Below are positions 50,331 to 61,449 of a DNA stretch of 64,000 nucleotides, one piece after another. The DNA comes from Raillietiella orientalis (taxonomy: Eukaryota), in contig JAYWIR010000020.1 of NCBI GenBank assembly GCA_036172245.1, forward strand, positions 930,001 to 994,000, in the 5' to 3' direction. Position numbers and translations under genes: made by a program. The notes under the pieces are model-generated. The model did no database searches. It was given only the letters and a program-made list of their open reading frames with translations, and had not been told where the DNA came from. Position 1 is the stretch's first letter; each line of letters opens with the position of its first letter.

Positions 50331-52450
50331 AACACCCGGTAACGCCGGGGCGTTTATTATAAAAATACACATGTTGGCCCTACATCGTCCGAAAATGTTC
50401 GCAACCTGCCGAGTAACCGGCAGGCAGACCGGCGAGTGGCGAGGTTCGCCTCGGCAGCAAAAGGGGAAGGAGGAAACAAAAAGAAAAATCAATAAGAATC
50501 AATAATAAAAAAAAAGACTCTAGGGGGCAGGGGAAGGGATCACCGGGTGCTGTAGGGCGTCCTCTCCATCCTTTCCATGATGCCGGTAAGTTCCATCTGA
50601 GCATGGCCATCTAGCTGCTGTCCGCAGGAAGCGCAGGGCGAAGCAGACGGCGTCCCTAGGGCGCCGTCTTCCTCTCGCGTAGTTCCAGGCCGCCACAATC
50701 CCATGTAGGCAGCAAAGAGCTGCTAGGTATGCTCCAGGAGAAAGGATATCACGCACGAAGAGGCGCTTTATCACGTCTCTGGGATTGTCCGTCGGTGCAC
50801 CAAGGGCCGTTGCGTAACACAACCACAGGGGCCGGAGGGCAGCACAGTCTACACAAGCAGGTGCGGGACGGATTCCCGTTCCCCGCACCTGCAACCGTTG
50901 TGGTCCACAGCCCCCGAGTCCAGTGAGACCAGCGCGCGTTGCACGGGAGATCCCAGTGCAACAGCAGAAGTGCCGACTCCTGACAGTTCAGGGGGGGACC
51001 TGGTTGTTCTTCTGCCATGAAAGTCACTCAAGGTCTTCCTGTGGTATTTTCAGGAGCTCACTCCAGCGCCATAGTCCTTTCGATGGACACTTGGGGTCGT
51101 AGCGTCCGTGATCTGGCCCGTGGTCCAACCAACCATCGAATTCCTTCGTTCTTACACCGATCTCTCATTGGACCTCCCATTTGACCGGCTGGTTACTGCT
51201 CAAGTGCTCCCTGAGGGAGGGCAGTGCCGCGTCTAGGGAGGTTCTTTGAGCCCGCGCACACGTGGTGGACTGCGCGCTGACGTTCTGCAGCGAGCGGTTG
51301 CAGGAGTGCGGCAGTCGGTGCTGCATCTCTGAGCTTCGTTGTTGTTGGCCCATGAGCGAACGGTTTCCTGCAACCGGGCGCTACCGTTCGCGGGCAGGCA
51401 TAAGATCCAGTTGTTGGTCCTGGTCAGCTTGGCCACTCGCTGGAGCTCCAGTCCGCATCTGGACACGTTGCTCCTGTGCCGCCGTGGCAGGAACAAATAC
51501 AGTTCCGAGTAGCCAGCGGCTCTCTTGACCAGTTATCATGTGGGCTGGAACCAATTCGTTCTCCAAAGCTTCATCACTATGGCGAGTGTCCTCCACCGGA
51601 GTTTCAGCTCCAGCCACTCCATCGTCAGCAGGGCGGAGCCTCCGTTGCGACGCGGAGTGCACAAGTCCTTTAGGCGGACTCAGGACCTCCTTGTGCTCCA
51701 CAGAGCGATTTTCAGGAGGTACTTCTCTTCGGGGGGCAAACAAAAAGCAGGAGGAAGAAGAGGAGGAACACAAACGCGTTCCACTCCGCGGCCCGTTCCG
51801 GCAAGAGAAACTTGCCATCCCAGATCGGGCTGATCGCCGACTCTGCCTTCTGGACGAACCTGGACCACGCCTCTGTCGGAAATTAGTCCCTTAACAATAC
51901 ACTGAGGTACTTAAAGTGCAGAACCATGGGATCTCCAAGAGGATCCAGTCTTGCTGCCTTGCCCAAGCCGAACCGACTGCTACCATGGACGATTTCGCCT
52001 CCATGCCTGTCCCACGACTGAGCAGCTCGAGAAATCTTACAAGTGCCAATGCCTAGTGGGACATGGGGACCAGCAGCAGAAGACCGTCTGCATACGCTGA
52101 CACGGCAGGTGTGCCTGGGCACGCGCGTCTCAGGAGAGCCAAAGTCTCCCTGTACTTCCTCAGCACCGACTCGAAGTAGGTGTTGATGAGAAAGGGCTCA
52201 GGCTGTTCCCCTGCCGTATCCCGCGGCGCACCAGCATATCGTAAACGTTTTCTTCTCTGAAAGAAATGTGTAGCGCGTCGCGCCAGCAGGAGTGCAGAAA
52301 GGCCGTTAGAGAGACCGGAAAGCCCATGCATTCCAAATGCTCCAGAAGAAGCTCCTGGTCGGCGCAGTCGAATGCTTTTCGCAAGTCGACTGCGACCGCA
52401 AGGGCTCCCACTCCCAAGGAACTGGTGCTCTCTTGGATTGGCTCACGCTG
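50330..52450 (-). mobile_element. 5'-truncated L1/Tx1-like LINE, RT core to 3' UTR
   Basis: VDLRKAFD, RGIRQGNSLSP, SAYADG (YADD), FKYLSVLL, KIALWSTRRS, ILCLPANG, LLHWDLPCNAR, CRCGERESVPHLL, then 3' UTR ending ATAATAAACGCCCCGGCGTTACCGGG. Confidence 0.9.
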
Positions 52451-54131
52451 GTGAATTTCACTGGATGCTGGGCTCTCGGAAATCTCTCAGACTGGAAACG
52501 CTGAAGGCGTGCAATTGCCGGTAGCACGACCGGGAAAGAATGTTGGTTCATGGATGATTGTGATGAATCATGGAAATTCCCAAGATCTGCTCTCAACATC
52601 AGTGGCAAAGAGTAGCTGCTAAGAGTAGCAGGAGGAAAATATGCTTGATCCTTGGCCCAAATATTGGCTCGCGCTCAGCGACAATTTGATTTTATGCAAA
52701 AGTAAAGTGTCTCTCTGATGAAAATCGTGTATTTTACGATTGGTTTGGACTTATTTAATTTTATCTGTTCATTTTAAATTTGCTGACTTCCGACGATTTC
52801 ATCCTGATTTGAATTCTGAAACAAATGAAACGTGAAAATTTAACGGAGAAGCAAAAAAGTTACGCTGCATCTGATGTTTTAGATCTCCATAAAATAAAGG
52901 AAAAGCTGGGTTGAATGCTGGAACGAGAAGACGGAAAAGAATTGGCCCAAAAGTGCTTTGAATTTCTTCCTACGGAATCACATTCAACGGGGTGGGAAAA
53001 TGTGGGCATCTTTAATCACTAGATGTAATGGAAGTTATGCGAAGCACTTTAGTAAGAATTTAGTTGATTCGTATTTGTTTCATTCTAGAAGCAATTTATC
53101 GAGAGAACGAGATGAATTGAGATGAGTTGAAAATTTTTCAGTCCACGTGGCTGGTGTGGCTAAAGATTTCTTGCATGACTGCTTGTTGATCTGAGAACAG
53201 GGAAACCTTACCCATCATACAGTTGAATCCACGTAGGCAATTCAACAGCTTTCGTTTCCAGGATAGATGCATCTGTTAGTGGGAATGATTGGGCTTTGCT
53301 TTCGAAAGGGAATACACATGGAAAATGGGGAAATACTTGGAGCTTTTTTTTTTTGGTTTTCCGAAAAGCAGGAACTTCGATCCAGAAAGGAATTGGAATC
53401 AGTGAAATTCTGCTTGTTCGTTGATTTTTTCAGAACAGCCGTAAGATATGTGAATGATAATACAAACTGTATTTTCTGCTACCATTGCGAAAATCTGTCA
53501 TATTAGGATTACAAGTTCGAACCTTTTTTAATGGTGGTTTTAAGATACTCTCATTCCTGAAGGCACGGCAGTTCGTTGGGAGTAGCTCCCTGAAGATTTT
53601 GCTACTTAAAGGCATTTATTTCAGAGCTTTGGATTCAGAAGTGCAAACAAACAAACAAAAAAAGAAAAATTGGAAGGAAAGTAGAGGTTTCGATTTAACA
53701 CCATTCTCCCACATTCTCCATTGATTGAGTCTTGTCTCAATTGATGTTTCTTGTGCAATCAGTGTACACAGTGCCGTCTCTGTTCTCATTTTTTTTTCAA
53801 GACATCAAATGTATTCCAAAGTTAAAGGATAAAATGCACTTAGCATTTTCTCTTACTACTTCTGTGGATACCCGTAGTTCACCTTAATTCATTTAGACAT
53901 CCATCTGAGCATTCATTTAATTCACTGATTGGATGGCCAAAGGTGGATTACAGAATCAGCAAAAATTATTAATACTATTTAGACAGACCACCAATAGTTT
54001 GAATATAGCCGAGCCAATAGCCTACGTAAAGAAGGGGTCACCTGTTCAGGTTTTTAATTTCGAGAAAAATCATGCTGATCCTGAATTGAATTCATTCCCA
54101 GGTAAAACTCCACCGGCATAAATTCTGGGAA

Positions 54132-54202
54132 AATTATCCAGACGTGATCCACACATGAAGCACTCTCTGAATGCTTCATGTGTGGATCACGTCTGGATAA
54201 TT
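54132..54202. repeat. Perfect inverted repeat, 31-bp arms, 9-nt spacer
   Basis: aattatccagacgtgatccacacatgaagca-ctctctgaa-tgcttcatgtgtggatcacgtctggataatt. Confidence 0.97.
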
Positions 54203-56399
54203 GTATTGGAAAACAACCCTTTTTATAGTATATATTTGAGTGGCAGAGACAATTCGGTTCACCTTTGGAAAGTTCCGTTTCTCCAAAGTTTCCAGCTTCC
54301 TTTTTCCTCCTTCAGTGGTTGACTAAAGCGTTTGCACCGACTGATTTTCACCCTTCCAGAGTGTGCACTGTGAGGAATTGCAAATGAAAAAGGATTCAGC
54401 TTATTAGAAAATAAGGATTGACTGCTTCTCGTTTCTGGAAAGACTTCATGGTATGATATTTGATATTGCCGGCTCGTTTCGAGGGACTACCATCTCTCGT
54501 AGGAGAATGTGCTCAGAAATTCCTGCTCTTGCTGATTTTATGTGGGGAAAGGAAAGTCTGCTGCTGGCAGAACAGCTCACAAAAATAGAGGTGTTTTTTG
54601 AACTTTGATGTGCTACCAGCTAAGCCCGAACGACATGAGAAACCACCGTCTGATTTCTCCCTCCATTTGATTATCCGAGTTGATTATTCTACGTGTGAGT
54701 TAAATTTATTAACGCCGAATATTAGTGCATTTAATCTGATGTGATTACCAACTACTGAATGGATGCGAAGCAAAGAGTAAACTGATACCCACTTGCTATA
54801 AAAGCCAAGTCGAATTTGGATTACCTTTCCAAGTTATTATTACAAAGTTATGAGATAAAAGGAAATCCAACGAGAAAGGTAGCGGAAGCAGTGTTCTAGT
54901 TTCCTTCTCTTTTTTCTCTTCTGAAGGAGTGTAAACCAAATAAACCCTTAAAAAGTAGAGAGACATTCGTTTTTGGTGGACTCACATCAAAACATACACG
55001 TAACTACAAGAAAGCTGTCATTGAAGGGCAGGAGTATTTATCAGTTTAAATCTAAACTTTTCACTTCATGCAGAATCATTGAGGATGCTTGGTGGGAGGA
55101 GTTTTCGCAATCTTTGGGAGGTCATCGTTAGGCGTGAAGGGGATGCGGAAATCCTTGAAGGGGGACCGTCTCAGTTGGGTTGGCAAGTGGAGAAGCACAA
55201 AAACAGCTATGTCTTAATTAACCTGGAATTCCCATGAAGATCCCGAAACACGGAAGCGTTCACACAGACCGCAAGCGACCAAGCAATTGATAATATGAAT
55301 CAACCCCCTTCGTCCTGCCTCCGCTCTTCATCAAGGGATTCAAGTAATAGGGGTCACCTTAAATGAAATAACAAGATGCCTCTCTGGAAACTTCAGTACG
55401 CTTTAATTAACACCACTTTAATTAAAATGGTGTCGACAGTTTACTTTTGACTTCTCACAGAAGTCAGGAGTCCATTCATGCTTCTTCCTTGGTATAAACT
55501 CGAGTTCACCGGACGAGCACAGAAACAACGCGTATTTTGCTTATCGAGTTGGCTCCTCTGCGTGCTGGTTTCCTTCGAAATATCCGTCCATCTACATCTT
55601 GGTGTGAAAAGTCATCTGACCACGTTGTTACAATCGAGGCGTTCGTACTGGTCCTTGCCCAAGGACACGAAACACTGCTAAGAATTGGGATGCGTGCTGT
55701 AGCTCAATCGCCAATAATTTACGGACATCGGACTAAAGCAAGCATCCTCCATCTCTTATAGCTCTTACAATCGTTAAGAAATCTTTAATACAGTGACATC
55801 AATATTTACTGATTGACCAGTTCTTACAAGATTCATTACTCATCCATTATTATACCTCACAACAGAATGCAAAAACTTCTCATTCTGGATAGCCCAAGAC
55901 GATCATTTATTTTAATGAGAATGAACAAATGCAAGTTACAACAAAAAGAGAAGTATCAGAAAATAAAGGGTCCGAAATTCACTGGGAAAGTAACCAGGGA
56001 AGGAGGAGAGGCCAAGAAATGAATAGACTAATAAATAAGTTGTGGAGCGGAGAGACCTCACGGCCAAGATAATGATTCCTCAGGGTCTGTGCTTGCCAAG
56101 TTACATCAGGGTTTCAGTTCAACAGAAAGAAAAAAAAAATAAACACACGGAATGGGAGCTGAGTTCCTCCTAGAATCCTACAGAAGGAGGAGAGCTGTCG
56201 TCCGACTTGCTGTTTGTCCAGGAAGAGAGAGGTTCCAGGAGAAGAGAAGAGGATAATAGATGAATAATGAGAAGGGTGGGAATGTTTTTTCAAGTTTCAA
56301 TCCTTCTGGCCTTCGGTGCTCACATGATGTGGACGGTTGCTTCCTGCGGGAGACCGGTGAAGTCAGCTTTCCGTCCTCCCCCGTAGCATGAAGACGTTC

Positions 56400-57150
56400 T
56401 GACCGGCCTCTACCGGAGTAGTTCCCTCGCAGCGCAGACTCTTCCCATACCGCAGATGTAGCACGAGATTGTGGCTACCGCGAACGGCGAAAGTTCATCC
56501 TGGAGGAGGAAATTCCTCGCGAATTTCTCTTGGGTGTCACCGGGGCTGAAGAGAGTCTTGTCTTACCGTGCGTCCTCATCCCGAACGAAAAGCACCGTCA
56601 TCTGTTACACGCAGACGGGGGACACGGAGCTCTCCAAGCACAACTGTGGACAGACGACCTTGAAACCCACGTGGGTGAACCCGTGCTTCCTCCTATTCTT
56701 CTGGAAGTTCAGTGATCCTCCTCCGGCAGCAGCTCGTCTTGAGCTGGGATTTCCCGCGCAACCCATGCCGGCACCCATTGAACAAGAGGGAACACGGGGT
56801 TCTGTACTGGGTCAAATGCAGAGCGATTGGGTCATCCATGGGCCTGCTTTTGGACTGCGCGTTCCTCCGCAGTGGATGGCAACAGATGAAACTAGTCGTT
56901 GCCATCCCAGCTGCACAGAAGCTGCCTGGGGACTTCCTTCGACAGCTTCCGTGTCTCAAGGATTCTTGACCTCCAGGCTTTTGGCAGTGCTGTGCTGCAC
57001 CCACGCAGAAATTGCGAGTGAGGTAGAGCGGCTGCAGCGCCGAAGGACAGTCATTCTCTTTATCCCATCCGTGACGAGCAGGGTATCCGGATGGCCTCAC
57101 CTCCGCCGCGAAATCAAGGAGGACACTGATCGGGATGCTGGGAGACTGTA
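56400..57150 (-). mobile_element. Possible LINE ORF1/gag-like remnant with zinc knuckle
   Basis: GC-rich block. Minus strand ISCYICGMGRVCA (~56430-56470) resembles a degenerate CX2CX4HX4C. Confidence 0.25.
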
Positions 57151-57242
57151 AGAAAGATGCAAGGCAGAAACACGGTGACTCCTCCTCAATTTCCCGAAGA
57201 AGGTAAAGATTTGAGCCCGGCAATTCCCCGCACCGTGTGCGT

Positions 57243-57700
57243 GTATTTTATTTATTTATATATTTTATTGAACCTCTCCTTACTAAGCGCGTTTTCCTCT
57301 TAGCCACCGACCTGCCCGTCGGCAATCGTACTTTCAAGGCAAGTCAATTAATCCAGAATGAGCAAACGATCCGGCATGACCGGGTTCGAAACACGACGGT
57401 GGACCGCCGCCGCATGGGGCAAGCCCAACATGCCCACCCAGCGCTTTGCATTTTTGTGGGCCGCTTTAGGAGGGGATGGCCATGGGCATGAGAGCAAATG
57501 AAGTGCTGCCGCTTGTCAAGTCCCTGGTTGCACCGCGGCCAGTGTTCCAATCGTCCTTCTGTACCAATTGCCAAGTTTACGTCATCTCGTCGTACTTCGG
57601 GTGAAGGCGATGGCGAAAGGCTCTTTCGTCCGGTGCCCGGGCTCCTTCAGCCTGGTTAACGCTGCTGCTCTCAGTAGGAAGAAGAGGGGTCAGCGAGAGG
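57243..57700 (-). mobile_element. Non-coding retroelement-like 3' segment with A-rich tail and hammerhead-like motif
   Basis: Minus strand ends AATAAAATATATAAATAAATAAAATA. Contains CTGAAGGAG-CCCGGGCACCGGA-CGAAAG and the hairpin CCGAC-gggcag-GTCGG. Confidence 0.35.
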
Positions 57701-59049
57701 TCAGCTTGCAAAACCTAAAATCCACTTAACAACTCCTCCTTTCACCCCAGTGAAATCGAGGAACCATCCCGTTTTCTCCACTTCCACTTCTGATCAAAAG
57801 CACAGAGTATTTCAAGAGCGTTTTTGCACGGACCCTCTGTAATATGGAAGTGGCCAACTGTAATGCGAACTCGATAATACCCGTGGGCGCATTATGGGGT
57901 TCGGTTTGGGTATGCTCATCCCGAGACTAAAGGGACACTTGAAATGGAACTCTTCGTGCGATTTCAAATTGTTCCTCAAAGTGAAGGAGCTCACTGGAAG
58001 AACTTTGCCTCTTCTCTGTTCCCAGTATTACCAGAGCTTGCATTCCGAGCTTCATGCGGAAACTTGTTTTGAAACTCCACAGAGATTCTTGAGAGAAAAA
58101 AGTGCTCGTGGAAGATATTCCAACTAGCATAAATTCCGAAAATCTCGTCTTCATCTCCAAGTTTCAACAGGTAGTCTTGGAGTAGGGCAAAAAACTTCGA
58201 GGTCGTTGTCTAGGATTCAGCGAACATTACGTTTCCAAGTCATACTTAGGGAATGCTGATGAGGATAATAGGCTTCTCAGCACATTGGTTGCACTATGAA
58301 TCTTGACATTTCGAGTGAACATTTCCTTCCACTTACGAAAAAGAAACAGGTAGGTGTTAATGCAAGGAATCTTTTTTTCTGGCTTAGCATTTCCTTGGTA
58401 AGCATGCGACGTTAGTCAATCTGTTTCTATCTTGAACATGAAATGACAGGGCATGGTTCTTTCATCCCAGAAGGGTATTGTCATTGCAATATGAAATCGC
58501 ATGAATGAGCATCGTTTCCTTGGTAGTAAATTTCTGAACTCGAGCATCTGTCATCATAGGTTCAAAATAGAATTTTTTAAATAAATAATATTAACATTAT
58601 TAGATGGATTTTACATCGACGAACTACATGAAGTATGGACCTGAAATACAGATGCAGTTTTTAGCAACGAATTCTTGATTCTTTTGCTGTTTTCCAAAAC
58701 ATCAATAATGAAATGGATGACAGTGACCACATGAGTGATGTGAGAAACCATACCAAGTGTAAAATGTGCATCTCACGAGAAGCATCTTCAAAAGAGAAAA
58801 GAAATCCTACTGTTTGCAAAATTTTTACCGAATAATTCCGGTAATCAATCTGAAGGCCGTGTTTCAGCAGCTGCAGTTTGTTTCATTCATAATCTTGTTT
58901 CCACATGTATTCAACATAAATCTTTTCAGAGTCCATGCAGTTATCTTTAGAAAATGCAATGCGCACTCGTGTGCGGCGTACGGAACATTCTCAGTTGCAG
59001 GAAGTTATGGAGACATCAAAGTCGCAGTAACTTGAAGATTTTTGCACCT

Positions 59050-59640
59050 CTTCTAGTCTAAGAACAGATAATTACCAGTCTGGGAATAGATAAGTGCTCC
59101 TGATTTATGACGCGATGCTTTCAAAGAGTGGTGGAGTTGTTCTGTCCGTTTCTTTTTGCAGGAAGTCGCCGAATCGATAAAGGTATTTCTGGTGCTATTT
59201 CAAATCACAGTTACGAAATGAGCTCAATTCGCCGTTACCCCTTTGCATCCACTTGCATGGGTTTCCTGGCTGATTTTGCGACAGAGGAAGAGTATTTCAT
59301 CAGCCCTGATCTCTCATGATGTTCATGCTGTACATCTGTACACACCCGAATTCTCATTGTGGTACTGCCACAAAGATCCTTCGTCAAATGCTTATTTTCT
59401 TTGAAACCGTCCCGTACAGAGTAATTCAAATTAATGAGAACACCCCAGTTCATGTAATGGCAACTATTCATAGCGACAGATTGTATAGTCTTGCCTATTT
59501 GTCCCTTTAAATGTCTCCTGGACGGCTGCAGACACAATCACCCGTAGCAAACACTCATGTCTTGAGAATATCTCTCGACTATAAGATTCCACGTGAATGC
59601 ATGCAGTGCTATCTTCTCTCGGAAAATTAGAAAGCAAACA
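59050..59640 (-). mobile_element. Possible ISL2EU/Harbinger-like transposase remnant
   Basis: NFPREDSTACIHVE, ERSGLMKY...MQVDAKG and KKRTEQL...ASRHK loosely follow the DDE_Tnp_4 motif order. Confidence 0.22.
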
Positions 59641-60549
59641 GACGCAGTTTCTCTGCCAGGACCTCATTCAGTCTCTATCCTTTCTTGCGCAGCATCCGGC
59701 AATCTTATTGACAGCGGCCGGGTTCATTTTTGAAATTGAGTTCACTTCGTGCTGAGAAAAAAAAAAATGGAAACAGGCAGACTGTAGAAGAGCAAAACCC
59801 AGCGGAATGAAATAAAAAAAAAAGCTTCTCGATATTTCGATCTTGCACACGAGCAAACGTGTACATAAAAGTGTGTTTTTTTTTCTCTCTTGAACCTAAG
59901 GGCGGACTTGGAGATGAAAATAGCCATGAGTACACTGATAAAAGGAACAAGGAAGCTCAGGTACGGGAGCGGATAGTTGTTTGTAAATAAACAAAATTAG
60001 ACGTATGGGTCAAAATTAGCGGTGGATGTCAGTGTACGATGAGTACAAGGCATGTTCAAGTGCAGGAAACAAGAGAACACTCGGGAATTCAGTCCTTGCT
60101 CGCTGATGTTCGACGAAGCTATCGTCCTTGTTAACATGAACTTCTTGCCACAAAACGATTGCATCGTTCTGGGCTGCGTGACGCTTGTGGTGCTGCTGAT
60201 GCCATGGTAACCTTCAGCTGAGAGCCTAGTTAACCGGGAAGCCCCTTCGAATGAATCGAGCAGCAGTCTCGTCACCCTGTAGACAAGAAACACAGCTGAC
60301 AGAACAGCAGAGGGCTTTCAAAACTTCATGAGTACTGCAGCCTCATCAAAAGTAGCCAATGAAGATTGCCTGAACGGACTTCCCCACACACAATGGAGTG
60401 GATTGCAAAATATTAAATAAGTTACTGAATAATAGTAGAGTTTCTCTGTTCTTCTAACGTTGGAAACCACTAAACATTTCGAATTTCCGATTGCTTCTTG
60501 TGTTCTTATGGAACAGTAAGGGCTTGCATTTCTTAAGATCTTCTTAACC

Positions 60550-61215
60550 CTTGAAATCTTCCAAACTGTTATGTTGATATTTTACTCATCCTACATTTTA
60601 TTCTTTAGTTTTCGAAACTACTTTTTTTGATCTGTATTTTCGACTTAGAATACTGATGAGTTTGTAAAGAGGAACCTTGCAAACACAAGCACATATCCCA
60701 TTTGCTATCGCAACTCGAATTGCTCCCGTTCACACAAAAGGACATCCATTTTTCCGGATATTCCTCTTCCTCTAGTTTTTGGCTTCCCTTCCTCATCTTC
60801 TCTTATGGGAGCAAACTCCACGTTTCTACTTCCGTGGATTTCTCTCCTTCGCTCTGTTGCCGATCCTTTTAAGAGGAACCATAAAAGCTGGATGGCCAGT
60901 TTCATCAAAAAACAACAACTACCATTAATAATAATTGTGGTCAAATTTTATGGCACATCAAGTTACCCCTTCCCTCATCCTGCTATTGTCCGGATTATTT
61001 TTCCTCTTATTACGTTAGTATATCTGCCTCACGAATGGCAAAGAATTGGCCTTTCATTTTTAGCTATGCTGATATTAGATTTTCAGTTTTTAATTATAGA
61101 GCATCCAGGTTCTTCCTCAAACTCTTGTAATACTTCGAGATTTTGCCAGATTCCTCACGAATGATTCTCAGCTGCATAGACCGAGTGTATATCCTGAACC
61201 GGGCACATCCTTGAA
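60550..61215 (-). mobile_element. Tyrosine recombinase N-terminal remnant A
   Basis: KISKYYKSL, LPFVRQIY, LDVP, then LMKLAIQLLWFLLKGSATERRREIH (cf. box I L..K..LL.L.SA.R..E+H). Confidence 0.45.
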
Positions 61216-61449
61216 CCAGGTACACCTCGTATCAGTCTGGATCTACATTGGCTAGTTGTCTGCATTATAGTTTAAAGCACTTGAAAATGACCCATGCAAG
61301 CATAGCTGCTGCTTTAAGCAACGGTGCAGTCAGTTTTTTCCCATTGCTACAGCTGATAATTGGTTACAAGATCGAAACTTCACACGAAAGTATGACCAGA
61401 AATGAAGGTGACGTTATCCTCTGTTTAGGTGAAAGAGGATGGACGAAAG

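Noticed and set aside
51180..51880. Separate insertion inside the LINE
   Set aside because: Minus-strand motifs KIALWSTRRS, WLLGTVFVP and ILCLPANG show it is the normal post-RT part of the same ORF2.
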